Shown piece by piece: positions 18,501 through 28,358 of a stretch of 43,143 nucleotides of DNA (position 1 is its first letter; the number at the start of each line of letters is the position of its first letter). The position numbers and the translations under genes were made by a program. Under the pieces are notes generated by a model. It was not told where the DNA came from and did not search any database. It worked only from the letters and a program-made list of their open reading frames with translations. The stretch is from the IMG/VR virus record IMGVR_UViG_3300018018_000014, positions 1-43,143 of that record; one strand, given 5' to 3'. The DNA comes from a virus (Duplodnaviria > Caudoviricetes).

Positions 18501-18848
18501 TTAGGGCAAAGTCAAAGGGTTAGTGGGAGCAGGAGGCACATTTTTAGTTATAACATCGTTAACAGGGGCGACTTGCGCAGGTTGTTTAACAAATTCTCCA
18601 ATAACCTGATATAATTCTTGTGTTTCTGGTATATTTTGGCCCAATGGAATTTGATATGTGTTCTGGCCAATTTGAATCTCAACCTCTAATGTAAATGGTT
18701 GTCCTGCTGCACCCTGCTGAACGGCGTTATTTCCTCCATATAAATTTAATTTTGCTGGAAACTGTCGAGTCACCGCAGCCCTTTTTTCCATCCAACCCAC
18801 CTTCTTACCTATCCTTTCCCACTGCGATTTTGACATTTTAAGCTTCAT
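18501..18848 (-). CDS. Hypothetical protein with MKLKMSKSQWERIGKKVGW leader
   Basis: GGAG RBS favours ATG 18848 over 18863. Confidence 0.7.
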   Translation of the reverse strand: MKLKMSKSQWERIGKKVGWMEKRAAVTRQFPAKLNLYGGNNAVQQGAAGQPFTLEVEIQIGQNTYQIPLGQNIPETQELYQVIGEFVKQPAQVAPVNDVITKNVPPAPTNPLTLP

Positions 18849-18863
18849 ATTTCTAATCTCCAT

Positions 18864-19823
18864 TTAGGTTTTTAAATATTTTTTCAATTCTTCGGCAAAC
18901 GTATCAGATATTTTAGGAGTAGGATTCTTTTCGACTGTGAATTCATGTTTTTTCTTATCTTCTCCCCTTATCTGCCTTCTTCTATCTTCGTTGGCCTCAT
19001 GTAACTTTTCGCCATCTGTCAATTCAGGTACGGTTGTAAAATCAAAAACGTTACCTCTGATTCCGGGCTGAGCGTTAAGGCTTTCGGTTTGAAATACAGA
19101 ACGAGCAGTTATATCTTTAGGCATGGCTTTTCCTTCTTGCCATTTTTTGTGTTCTTCTTCCCTAGCTGCTTCTCTTTCCTGTTTTTCTCTCTGTAATCTG
19201 GCTCCCGTATCTTCAACAGTACTTTCCGATAATTTTCCTATAGCATTAGGATCTATTATACTATTTTGCCCTTTTGTAACTCTAATTTCGGGATTAATAA
19301 AATAGTCTTCTCCACCCCTAATAGGAACAATACCCTTCATAGCTGGTCTTTCTGCAAGTATAGTTTCTTTTTTTACGTCTTGCCAATTTTCTTTAACCAT
19401 ATGAGGATTATCGCCAGCAGTATCTAGTTTAAAGGGATCATTAAGAACTAAATTTGCCGACGCAGTTTTAACCATGGGTTCTGAGGAAGCTGCCTTAACA
19501 ACCGTTATTTTATCAATTAGAGAAGCTGGATCGACTGCCTGAAAATTAGACATATCCATTTTGCAAACCGAAGCATATTCTTTTAATTCTGATTTTACTT
19601 TATCTGGCCATTGAACATTATAATGATATGGTGTTTTAGTAGAGGCACATTTTTCTATTTTGTCTCTTTCTAGTACAAGCCCATCTTCATCAATATTACA
19701 AGACATATTTAAAATTCTTTCGGCCTCTTGAGGATTTACTGTTTCCTTGTCAAAAGATTCAGTCTTTGTTGCAAAAGCCCAAGTAGGCACCATCTTGTCA
19801 TCAGCAGCCCTGTATATTTTCAT
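18864..19823 (-). CDS. Hypothetical protein with MKIYRAA leader
   Basis: 319-aa ORF, AAGGA RBS, three upstream promoter motifs. Confidence 0.8.
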   Translation of the reverse strand: MKIYRAADDKMVPTWAFATKTESFDKETVNPQEAERILNMSCNIDEDGLVLERDKIEKCASTKTPYHYNVQWPDKVKSELKEYASVCKMDMSNFQAVDPASLIDKITVVKAASSEPMVKTASANLVLNDPFKLDTAGDNPHMVKENWQDVKKETILAERPAMKGIVPIRGGEDYFINPEIRVTKGQNSIIDPNAIGKLSESTVEDTGARLQREKQEREAAREEEHKKWQEGKAMPKDITARSVFQTESLNAQPGIRGNVFDFTTVPELTDGEKLHEANEDRRRQIRGEDKKKHEFTVEKNPTPKISDTFAEELKKYLKT

Positions 19824-19859
19824 AATTCTTCCTTTACGTTTAATTCACTTATATAATTT

Positions 19860-19963
19860 TTCTCCGATTAATAGCCTATTTCCTGCATATTAATTATTCG
19901 ACATAAAACACAAAAATCCTTTGCAGATTATAGAATAGTTCAATGGGAAATATAGAAAAACCT
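19860..19963 (-). promoter_or_regulatory. Three tandem sigmaH-like promoter motifs
   Basis: AGGA-N16-GAGAA (19860-19884), AGGA-N15-TCGAA (19897-19920), AGGT-N16-TTGAA (19939-19963). Confidence 0.6.
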
Positions 19964-20011
19964 CTACATTTCTTAAGTTATTATACAGGTAAGGGAATGA
20001 GGAAGAAGGAA

Positions 20012-21958
20012 TTATTTAAATAATTCTATTTCTTTAAACTTTTCTGCGTCAAATTCAGTAGCATAGTCCTTTAGAAAATCAAAAAAGATCTGGGGGTCTT
20101 TTTTCTTATCGTCCGTTAAAAATCTATCTCCCAAGACCAATTCATTAGTATTTTCATCCGTCATAGAACCAGTACTGTTTTCGAGGACTTTTAGGAAAGT
20201 ATCAGTACACCAAGGAATGCCGCTATTATACTTTTTATAATAATAGTCATGTGCTGCCATTTCAATAAGTAAGGTATCTATATCTCTTACGGTAAAGCCC
20301 TTTTGAGCAGCAAGTGGTGTCAATTTAGAAAGGTCCAGTTTATCTATAGCCTTGGAAAAATCATCAAAACTGGCATATCCCACCGGAGTAAACAACCCCC
20401 TATTTTTCATTCTTCTAGGGGCAGATATAAACGTTTCTCTCATACTTTTGTCGTCAAATTCGCTTATGTCAATTACCAAATCTACTCTTCCAGATCTAAG
20501 TAACGGCCCAGTGATATTTTCTTTATGATTCGTAGTAAGAACAATGAAAATATCGTTTTTTACAAATAAGTTGTCCTCTTGTAAATTTTGCAACCAATTC
20601 ATTATTTCCATTTCAACTTGTTTATGGGCCGCATGCATGTCTTGACCCGAAGAAGCTCCTGACCCGATAGCCCTGTCATATTCGTCTATCCTAACTACTA
20701 AATGACTTGCCTTGGAAATTCTTGCCAATGATTCTCTAGCACGTTCTCCGCTCTGCCCTATATACATATTATGAAGAGTATTAACATTAAAATCCCATGC
20801 GTCGAAATCAAGCAATCCAGCAAAATGAATAGGGAATGCAGACTTACCCACGCCGCCTTTCCCGTAAAGGACTATAACATGTGGCATTCTAGATCTTATG
20901 GATTCGATATTTTGGATTACTAAGGCATCATCTTCTTTATTTTTGAGTTTCTCTTTGTCTTTTTCCTTGAGAATATTAATCTCATTAAAATCTCTGATTA
21001 TTTTTTTGACATCATATGTAAAGTTACTAGCTTCAGGACATATATAATCTTCCCAAGGCTTAGCTATTAAATGAGAAAGCCCTGAAGCTTCTTCCATAAG
21101 ATTTCGATTTATTTTTTCCCTAAGATTTTTAACTACCTTACTAGCGTCTATTTCATTTGAACTGGCGATAAGAGCTTTTGATGAGGCTTCGGCAATAGCG
21201 TCTCCAGCTTCGGTATAAGTACTACCACATAGTTTTCTTATTATTTGTTTTTCCTGTGTATCGTTTAAGGAAAATTTTTGTCCTTTTCTTTCATACAATG
21301 ATTTAAAGCTGTTAACAACGCATTTTCCTTCGAATTCATCTATTGAATCTATTCTAAGTGTGCGAATTTTAAAAGGAAACTTTAAGGGTTCATTCGTGAC
21401 TAACAACATTCTACATCTCATTTTTACGCTGGGATTTCTAAAATTGTCAAATATCCACAAATTTTTAGGATCTACTTTTCCGGGTGTTTCGCTACAAAAA
21501 TCCATGCAATAATCTATGTTTTTAATAATCAGAAGCTTGTCTATTGCCGTTTGTTTCATTATCTCTTTTCTCCAAACAAACCCATCTCTATTCCTCATCC
21601 TTTTTCCGGTTTTAGGATCGGTCTTGGGAATTTTTGCCCCTAATTCTTTGCTATCTCCCTCTAATTCATAAGTTCCAAAAATAAGTTCATCTAGAAATTG
21701 AGTTGCATATCCTCTTCCGGGCATACCTCTTTGTAACTCAACGGCATCTAGCAACCTAGCTCCGTGATAAACTTCATTTACTCTAAAACAAGAATTAAGA
21801 AAACAATCAACGATACTTGGATCTTCATAATTAACAATAAGATTAGTTATTCCCGTAAGAGAAAGTTTAACTACTGATTGACATTCGACTCTAAGTTTTT
21901 GAAATTTAGGACTTGTTTCTATCAACGATATATAATTCAACGGTTCATTATTAGCCAT
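20012..21958 (-). CDS. AAA+ ATPase (Ycf46-like architecture)
   Basis: Walker A GKGGVGKS, Walker B VVRIDE, sensor I LTTN, arginine finger LLRSGRVD; degenerate N-terminal AAA module; GAGG RBS before ATG 21958. Confidence 0.85.
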   Translation of the reverse strand: MANNEPLNYISLIETSPKFQKLRVECQSVVKLSLTGITNLIVNYEDPSIVDCFLNSCFRVNEVYHGARLLDAVELQRGMPGRGYATQFLDELIFGTYELEGDSKELGAKIPKTDPKTGKRMRNRDGFVWRKEIMKQTAIDKLLIIKNIDYCMDFCSETPGKVDPKNLWIFDNFRNPSVKMRCRMLLVTNEPLKFPFKIRTLRIDSIDEFEGKCVVNSFKSLYERKGQKFSLNDTQEKQIIRKLCGSTYTEAGDAIAEASSKALIASSNEIDASKVVKNLREKINRNLMEEASGLSHLIAKPWEDYICPEASNFTYDVKKIIRDFNEINILKEKDKEKLKNKEDDALVIQNIESIRSRMPHVIVLYGKGGVGKSAFPIHFAGLLDFDAWDFNVNTLHNMYIGQSGERARESLARISKASHLVVRIDEYDRAIGSGASSGQDMHAAHKQVEMEIMNWLQNLQEDNLFVKNDIFIVLTTNHKENITGPLLRSGRVDLVIDISEFDDKSMRETFISAPRRMKNRGLFTPVGYASFDDFSKAIDKLDLSKLTPLAAQKGFTVRDIDTLLIEMAAHDYYYKKYNSGIPWCTDTFLKVLENSTGSMTDENTNELVLGDRFLTDDKKKDPQIFFDFLKDYATEFDAEKFKEIELFK

Positions 21959-22023
21959 AATTTGCCTCATTAACATTAATTTATGCAATATTATATACTA
22001 TTATACAGAAAAAACAAGAAAAT

Positions 22024-22056
22024 AAAAAGCCCTCGATTTTATTCGAGGGCTTTTTT
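22024..22056. terminator. Intrinsic terminator (bidirectional-type)
   Basis: AAAAAGCCCTCGA/TCGAGGGCTTTTT stem. Confidence 0.85.
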
Positions 22057-22077
22057 ATTTACTCAATCAACTACTAA

Positions 22078-22944
22078 TTATTTCTCATAGTCTTTGACCA
22101 TGAGCGCAACAAAGTCCTTAGGATAATTAAGCATATTAACCCAATAATCTGTTACTTTCTTTCTGTTCGCAGGACTAATATGAGAAAGTTTGCAGAATTT
22201 TTCTTCTACGCTGGCTGCTTTTTCCAATTCAATCTTGACTTCCGCTTTCTTGTCAGACTTTGCATCTGAACTAGAAGATGCGGCGTCTTTGCAATCTGAA
22301 GAAGATGATGCAGCAGAAGCCGCAACTTTAACTTCTTCCTTAACTTCCGCCTTAAGATCTGATTTCTTATCAGACTTTGCATCTGAACTAGATGCGGCAT
22401 CAGACTTTGCATCTGATTTTGCAGCTGCTGCGCAAGCGCAAGCATCTGCGGGTTCAGACTTCACTATAATTTCGCTATCCTGAACTTCCTTTCCGGGAAT
22501 ATCAAGAGACTTAGACTCACCAGTATCCTCAACCTTGATGTCAGCACCTTCGGTCTTTTCAGGAATACCTTGAGCATCCTTAATTTCGGCTACGCCTTCC
22601 TCAATCTTTTCTACGGCTACTTCAACCGGATCTTTTCCAGCTTCAGGAGCTCCATCAACCACAGCGCCGTCATCTACTTCTACAACGGCAACTTCGTCTG
22701 CCATACAAGCAGCTGACTTAACATCCGAAGATCCCTTCGAAGAACTTTTTGCGCATTCACAAAGAGCACCGGGCTTATGACATTTTTCACAAACTCTTGT
22801 TGACTCTGCGTATTTTTTAGCAGCTTCATAAAGAGGATTAACTTCTTCTTGAACTTCCGCACCAGCAGAAGCGGTCTTCGTCAATACTGTTTCCTTAGGA
22901 CTCCACTCAACATTCTTATTACCAGCAGGAACTATCATAGTCAT
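22078..22944 (-). CDS. Low-complexity acidic/Ala-Ser-rich protein, possibly scaffold-like
   Basis: AAGGAG RBS; SSDAKSD repeats; KTAS, KSAA, KVAA, KAAS motifs. Confidence 0.8.
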   Translation of the reverse strand: MTMIVPAGNKNVEWSPKETVLTKTASAGAEVQEEVNPLYEAAKKYAESTRVCEKCHKPGALCECAKSSSKGSSDVKSAACMADEVAVVEVDDGAVVDGAPEAGKDPVEVAVEKIEEGVAEIKDAQGIPEKTEGADIKVEDTGESKSLDIPGKEVQDSEIIVKSEPADACACAAAAKSDAKSDAASSSDAKSDKKSDLKAEVKEEVKVAASAASSSSDCKDAASSSSDAKSDKKAEVKIELEKAASVEEKFCKLSHISPANRKKVTDYWVNMLNYPKDFVALMVKDYEK

Positions 22945-22995
22945 ATCATTCTCCTTAATTTTGAATTATTTACTATTTGAACTACCTTTCTTTTA

Positions 22996-23020
22996 TTCAT
23001 TTAAAAGAAATAAAAATCCT
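22996..23020 (-). promoter_or_regulatory. sigmaH-like promoter motif
   Basis: AGGA-N16-ATGAAT. Confidence 0.65.
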
Positions 23021-23033
23021 TCTTAAATTTAAC

Positions 23034-23321
23034 TTATTTATCTTTCCCGATTATTTCTTGGGCAGCGGGGGTTTTGGCGCTAAGGTTAGGTTTAGCCCCT
23101 TCGTCTTTCGCTCCACTATAATTTAACATCCATTTGCCTTTATTGGCCGACTTCTGGTACTCTTCCATACAGGCCGTCCAAGCTTCCTGAGGTCGTTTCT
23201 TTTGGTCGCATTTCTGTTTATAACAATTCATCCAAGCCCTAGACTGACCTACCATATATCCACGGCCATCATCATAGAAGGCTTTCTTGATACATTTTTT
23301 TAAATTAAAAGTTTTATTCAT
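23034..23321 (-). CDS. Small hypothetical protein with MNKTFNLKK..IKKA leader
   Basis: GGAG RBS and upstream promoter motif. Confidence 0.75.
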   Translation of the reverse strand: MNKTFNLKKCIKKAFYDDGRGYMVGQSRAWMNCYKQKCDQKKRPQEAWTACMEEYQKSANKGKWMLNYSGAKDEGAKPNLSAKTPAAQEIIGKDK

Positions 23322-23356
23322 ATTAAATTCTCCGCTTTTTTAAACTTACTATATTT

Positions 23357-23381
23357 TTCTATTCTCTATATCCCATTTCCT
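23357..23381 (-). promoter_or_regulatory. sigmaH-like promoter motif
   Basis: AGGA-N16-TAGAA. Confidence 0.65.
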
Positions 23382-23388
23382 TCTTAAA

Positions 23389-24075
23389 TTATTTTTTTTC
23401 TTCAAGGTTCAAAATGTTATCTACCAAGAAGCTTTTCCAACCAGCATCTTGATTATCCCATGCTTTAACCACTGCGTCATGATGGCCTTCCTCATTAGGT
23501 TCAAAGACAAATGGAGGAGAAATAACCTTTGGAGGCAACGTTTTACCACTTTTTGTTTGATAAATAATAATAAGATCTTGATTTTTCATGTGGGCCTGTT
23601 CTAATCTTTCTTTAATAGACATATTTAAGGTGACATCGGGCGCTGGAGCTGGAGGATTGGCGCTGTCTTGCCCTTCTGTAGTATCTATAGGAGGTGTATT
23701 AGAAAGTGGTACAGGAGTTATCTGGGCTTGTTTTCTCTGACAGCTTATACCTTTGCCTCCGATATATTGGCCCTCTTTGATGTTATTCTGTTCAAACCAT
23801 CCCCTATTTACTTCTAGTGCATACTTACAAGGACCGCTAGAATAAACTGGTCTAGTACTTAGGGGTATCATTTCATTTATTTGTAATATTTTTCCAGCCT
23901 CGTCTAAAAAAGCTATGTCTAATGGAATATAGGTGTCTTTCATCCAAAAACTTAGTCTGGTATTATAGGGAAATTTAAAAAGCATACCGTTGTTTTTAGA
24001 GAGATGTTTGCGGTTCATTAATCCCATCTCTCTTTTAAGATGAGTATCCGCTAACTCTACAAAAAGATTCTTCAT
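23389..24075 (-). CDS. DUF192 domain fused to a WYL-like domain
   Basis: VELADT...GLMNR..GMLF..FWMKDTYIPLDIAF..YALEVNRG (DUF192); C-terminal IIYQ..G..ISP..AWD...WKSFLVDNI (WYL-like); start moved to 24075, just after the upstream stop. Confidence 0.75.
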   Translation of the reverse strand: MKNLFVELADTHLKREMGLMNRKHLSKNNGMLFKFPYNTRLSFWMKDTYIPLDIAFLDEAGKILQINEMIPLSTRPVYSSGPCKYALEVNRGWFEQNNIKEGQYIGGKGISCQRKQAQITPVPLSNTPPIDTTEGQDSANPPAPAPDVTLNMSIKERLEQAHMKNQDLIIIYQTKSGKTLPPKVISPPFVFEPNEEGHHDAVVKAWDNQDAGWKSFLVDNILNLEEKK

Positions 24076-24083
24076 GACACCGC

Positions 24084-24437
24084 CTAATATTGATTTGCCC
24101 ACCCCTGATCTTTCTCTTTCTTCTTTTTTTTCTCTTCTTTCCCCGTCCACGCCTTATCTTTTCCCGTCCAAGCTAGATCCCTTCCCTTCCAAGACAAATC
24201 TAGCATACCATTTTGTCTTTTGGTTTCTTCTTTATTGGTCGGTTCATCGTTGTCCTGCCAAGATATTCCGTTGTTTTCTAAAAATTCGATTAATTCTTCT
24301 CTTGTTTCTTCGTCGCAATCAAAAAAATATGCCCTTCTTCCGGTTTTGCGAACAGCCACTCCTTCTGGGAGATCGTATTTTTTTCCACCCTCTATCTGTT
24401 CGGCCAACCCGTTACTAATTTCGGCGTAGATTTCCAT
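24084..24437 (-). CDS. Hypothetical protein with W-x-G-[KR] repeats
   Basis: 117-aa ORF packed between neighbours; SWKGR, AWTGK, AWTGK. Confidence 0.65.
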   Translation of the reverse strand: MEIYAEISNGLAEQIEGGKKYDLPEGVAVRKTGRRAYFFDCDEETREELIEFLENNGISWQDNDEPTNKEETKRQNGMLDLSWKGRDLAWTGKDKAWTGKEEKKKKKEKDQGWANQY

Positions 24438-24440
24438 TAG

Positions 24441-24911
24441 TTATTTCCTAAGATCCAATCTATTTGTATTATTCGTAGCAAACTTAGGATCACTTCCAGC
24501 AATTCTAAATCCCTTCTTTCCCCTCTTATTCATACTGGCCAAAATTTCGGAATAGCTCTTCTGAGTAGCTTTTTTATCAAATTGACTTTCTTCTCCCAAG
24601 GCCATAGTAGTGATTACAAGTTTTCCCTTTCTGGTAAAACTCAAATCGTCACCAGCACCAGCCAAAAATCCCATGGTTTTAAGTCTGAGCAAATCTCTAG
24701 GATTTACTGGCACCGAAGAACCTATTTTAATATCATCTGGACCCTTTCCTCTTTCGCACTTAGACCATAATTCAAATAATAACGCCGCATCTTTATTATT
24801 GGCTGTGACCGTTTTTTTTGGGGCTGGTTGAGTAACAAGAAAAGAATAATCAATTCCGTAATTTTTATCCTCTCTTTGAAGATCTGGTACATATTTAATT
24901 GGAAGTGGCAT
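24441..24911 (-). CDS. Hypothetical protein (possible winged helix)
   Basis: AAGGAG RBS; LLRLKTMGFL...SFTRKGK pattern. Confidence 0.7.
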   Translation of the reverse strand: MPLPIKYVPDLQREDKNYGIDYSFLVTQPAPKKTVTANNKDAALLFELWSKCERGKGPDDIKIGSSVPVNPRDLLRLKTMGFLAGAGDDLSFTRKGKLVITTMALGEESQFDKKATQKSYSEILASMNKRGKKGFRIAGSDPKFATNNTNRLDLRK

Positions 24912-24921
24912 AATTAACTCC

Positions 24922-27906
24922 TTACTTTATTTTTTCTAATAAATCCAAACGAAAAATCTTAAATAATTCTTCTGCTTCTTTCTTTCCTTCTCGTTTAACA
25001 TTTTCCCTTGCCATAATTAGATCTGTTTCTAAATATCTACCATCAAAAAGCAGATCGGCATTTTTCATCATGGCACCCTGTAATTCCCTGTCGATATCAT
25101 ATCCATATCTTATTTTAAGTTTAATTGCCCTGAGAATAATTATTGGATTCTGCTGACAAACATAATTAGGATCTAAAAATGTTTTGATGATTTTATTTTT
25201 TACATCTTTTAACGCAAGACCAGAGACATCTACTATTTTATCGGTATTAATATCATAAGCAAGCATATTTATAGTAAAATCTCTATTGCAAACATCCAAT
25301 GAAAGCGCCGTTTCTGGAACCTTCAGGTTTTTCAATGCCACCTTAACTTCCGTGGGGGCATAATCTCCGTTAAAACTAATTCTAATATCTTTATAAACAA
25401 AAGACAGAGATGTAGTTTTATTACTGATATTAACCTTAGATATCCCTAATTTTTCTGCAACTAGGCTTCCCAATTTAATATTCTGACTAGCCCAACCACC
25501 AGCAAAATCTAAATTTTCCACCAAATAGTAAGGTGTTTTAGTTATTAAATCTCTAGGATATGAACCAACTATATATATATCCTTAAAGCCATATTCTTTA
25601 CAAGCTATCTTTACTATTGAAAAGACTTCTTGAACGGCGTTTTCTTTTTGCTTAGATATTCCCAAAATGCCATCAATTAACTCATCAACGTTATCTTTGT
25701 CAATACTTTTATTCTGAAGATGGCGTTCTATTTTTTCTATTTTTTCTTCTCCAATTTCCGGACTTAAAAGCCAAACAGCGTATATTTCTTCTTTTTTATC
25801 CGTTTCTCCAAAATGAAAGACGTTTATTTTTATTTCATTTCCCTGACACACTTTATCAATAATAGGAATAACGTCTTCGGTGACAATAAATCTGGTAGCA
25901 AGAATTTCTTTTTTGGCTATTTGTGATTTTGCAGAGCTTAATACAGAATAAATTTTAGAAATACTTCCATTATCTTGATTACTAGAAGCGAATCTCTTGG
26001 CAGGATGTGTGTTAGTAACATCTCTGGTCATATCGTCAAATGTTTGAGGACGAAAACGAGGCTCAATCCATCTGTAATAAAATCCCTTAATGTCGTACTC
26101 CGGATTATATCTAGGTTGATGTTTAATCCAGCTCTCTTCTTCTGAAAAATCTTCATCTCTATCTTCCCAAGCCATAACTCTGTCACCCAAACCCGGAATA
26201 GTACTGCCATCTGAAATTTGCAAATTATTCATCCATCCAAAAAGAGTGGCGGTCTTTACAAAATCCTGTCTGGTGTTAGCAGTCTTAGAACTATCGGGAA
26301 TTTCTGTAATAGGTTTTGGAAATACTTGAACGGGTTTAGATGGAATGTGACCATATTTGTTATCCCATTCGTTGTTAAAATCATATCTAACTCCATTAAC
26401 TTTTGGAAAATGACTCATTCTAACACCCAGTCCGTTTCTAACATACTCTTTCGCCCTTTCATCGGTTATAGGCGTCCACATTCCTAATTGTAATTCTATA
26501 TCAAAAAGCTGTTTTCTGGCCTTAGGGCTAAATGTAAAAACATCTTTATCATCCATACCGATAAGAGATTCGCCAATCATAATTAATTCTTTGTCGGTAA
26601 AATTAAAATCATTTTTTTTAAATTTTTCATATAGTACTTTTTCTTCCTGCATTTCAGGATTATTGGGGTTATCATCAAAATGTTCTTCATAGTTTTCAAA
26701 ATCTATCGCCAATTCTTCTGCCATAAAAGGAGTTATTTTAAGCTGTACATTCGCAACCTTATGAGCCAAAACGTTTTTCTTCAGAGGAACCATTAACGGT
26801 TTGGGTCTTTTTTCTTCTAGCAATCCCTCTAACGTAATATAATCTCTGTTTTCATCATATCCCTCAGATAACAATTCATTCATGCTGGCCTTGGGATCTA
26901 ACTTTTTATCTTCTCTCGTATACTTTCTTAATTGTTCTTCCAAAATGTCATGCTCCTGACTTAAATCATTAGGCAAAGGAGACATAAACTGCCTACCCAA
27001 CCTACTTTCAATAGGAATATCCTGTCCGGTTTGCGCCATCATAGACCACGCACCTAAACTCATATCTCCATCTGGTTTAACTCCTGTTGGGAATCTACCG
27101 CTTAAATCCGAACCACTTGAAGGCTGTATAAAATGTCGAGGAACATAATAGCTTAACTGCTGAGCTGTTTTATACCAATTTCCCGTTTTGGCATGCCTCT
27201 TTCTGCCAGTAAGAGTTAAAGGAGCAAATTGATCTCCTTTACCTGCGCTTTCCATACTTTGACGATACTGCTCGTTAATTTGAGGTAACGCCCATTGTAC
27301 AAAACTTTCTTCTGCGGCTTCGGACGGGCCTTCATCCATATGCCCTTGAGCGTGTACTGCTTCGTGAACAATTGTTCCTCCCAAATGAAGAAGAGCTATC
27401 CATTGCCACATATCTGGATCTGGAGACTTTACTTCTGCGGCATCCATCTTTGCAGCATTAAGTACCGAAGCCACATTCACTCCTATTGCAGTTCCACCCT
27501 TTGATTGTAACTGGGCATATAATTGATCGATGTCTTTTTGTATTTCTTCAGAAGATTTTTCTTGTCCTTTTTTTGGGAAGGCAGTTAGTCCATTTTGGGT
27601 TTCTCTAACTTCATAACCCTTCTGCTCAAGTTGTTTTTTTAGAGCCTTGGTTTTAATTGCCCTGTCTAATTCAGAAAGATAAACGCCGTAAGCCCCACCC
27701 TTGGAAAAATTAAAAACAAAAGAAATATTAAGTAATAACGAACCATTAAATCTGTTTACTAAATTGATAGCTTCATTCGCCTTTCCAAATACCGCATTAA
27801 CCTGTGACGAATCTACTACACTAGTACCCAAATAACCAAGCGCTTGCTCTGGAACATCCCCGCTATAAAAACCTTGATAATCCTGTCCTATCTTGTGTAT
27901 CTTCAT
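24922..27906 (-). CDS. Multidomain protein: HExxH peptidase-like N-terminus plus C-terminal CCA-adding/poly(A) polymerase-like domain
   Basis: IVHEAVHA; IYIVGSYPRD, NLDF, RDFTINMLAY, ILRAIKL..RY. Confidence 0.75.
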   Translation of the reverse strand: MKIHKIGQDYQGFYSGDVPEQALGYLGTSVVDSSQVNAVFGKANEAINLVNRFNGSLLLNISFVFNFSKGGAYGVYLSELDRAIKTKALKKQLEQKGYEVRETQNGLTAFPKKGQEKSSEEIQKDIDQLYAQLQSKGGTAIGVNVASVLNAAKMDAAEVKSPDPDMWQWIALLHLGGTIVHEAVHAQGHMDEGPSEAAEESFVQWALPQINEQYRQSMESAGKGDQFAPLTLTGRKRHAKTGNWYKTAQQLSYYVPRHFIQPSSGSDLSGRFPTGVKPDGDMSLGAWSMMAQTGQDIPIESRLGRQFMSPLPNDLSQEHDILEEQLRKYTREDKKLDPKASMNELLSEGYDENRDYITLEGLLEEKRPKPLMVPLKKNVLAHKVANVQLKITPFMAEELAIDFENYEEHFDDNPNNPEMQEEKVLYEKFKKNDFNFTDKELIMIGESLIGMDDKDVFTFSPKARKQLFDIELQLGMWTPITDERAKEYVRNGLGVRMSHFPKVNGVRYDFNNEWDNKYGHIPSKPVQVFPKPITEIPDSSKTANTRQDFVKTATLFGWMNNLQISDGSTIPGLGDRVMAWEDRDEDFSEEESWIKHQPRYNPEYDIKGFYYRWIEPRFRPQTFDDMTRDVTNTHPAKRFASSNQDNGSISKIYSVLSSAKSQIAKKEILATRFIVTEDVIPIIDKVCQGNEIKINVFHFGETDKKEEIYAVWLLSPEIGEEKIEKIERHLQNKSIDKDNVDELIDGILGISKQKENAVQEVFSIVKIACKEYGFKDIYIVGSYPRDLITKTPYYLVENLDFAGGWASQNIKLGSLVAEKLGISKVNISNKTTSLSFVYKDIRISFNGDYAPTEVKVALKNLKVPETALSLDVCNRDFTINMLAYDINTDKIVDVSGLALKDVKNKIIKTFLDPNYVCQQNPIIILRAIKLKIRYGYDIDRELQGAMMKNADLLFDGRYLETDLIMARENVKREGKKEAEELFKIFRLDLLEKIK

Positions 27907-27928
27907 AATTTACCTTATTATACAATTA

Positions 27929-27953
27929 TTCTATTGTTATATTCCAATATCCT
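27929..27953 (-). promoter_or_regulatory. sigmaH-like promoter motif
   Basis: AGGA-N16-TAGAAT. Confidence 0.65.
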
Positions 27954-27965
27954 ATGTCTAAAAAC

Positions 27966-28002
27966 AAAAAAGCTGAAGCAAATCAAATTACTTCAGCTTT
28001 TT
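27966..28002. terminator. Intrinsic terminator after the DUF1257/DUF2997-like pair
   Basis: AAAAAGCTGAAG/CTTCAGCTTTTT stem, 12-nt loop. Confidence 0.75.
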
Positions 28003-28022
28003 ATTTTCGGATACTATATTAT

Positions 28023-28349
28023 TTATAATCCAAAACCTAAACCCATCTTTTCCTTGTTTCTACCCTTCTTGCTCTTTGGAATATCGTTATTTTCTGGTTC
28101 GGGAGTCCATTCGGGTGCTCTGATGGTCTTAATATCAGAATTAACCGCTGATTCTCCTTCTTCTGTTAAACCATCCATAGTAACCTCTCCGAACTTTCCC
28201 TCAAAATCAGGCAATTCCAAATTCAATAACTCATCTAAGAATACCCTGTCGTCTCCTGATTCACAAGTAGATTGGCCATCCCTGATAATTTTTCTAGTAA
28301 AACGACCATGTTTGTCCATTCTTAATTGTACTTTAATATATTTATCCAT
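28023..28349 (-). CDS. Small protein, possibly DUF2997-like
   Basis: IKVQLRMDKHGRF......G..C N-terminal pattern; directly follows the DUF1257-like gene. Confidence 0.5.
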   Translation of the reverse strand: MDKYIKVQLRMDKHGRFTRKIIRDGQSTCESGDDRVFLDELLNLELPDFEGKFGEVTMDGLTEEGESAVNSDIKTIRAPEWTPEPENNDIPKSKKGRNKEKMGLGFGL

Positions 28350-28358
28350 GTTATTCTC

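Noticed and set aside
23385-23400. Slippery A run at the end of the DUF192 gene
   Set aside because: The -1 frame stops within a few codons.
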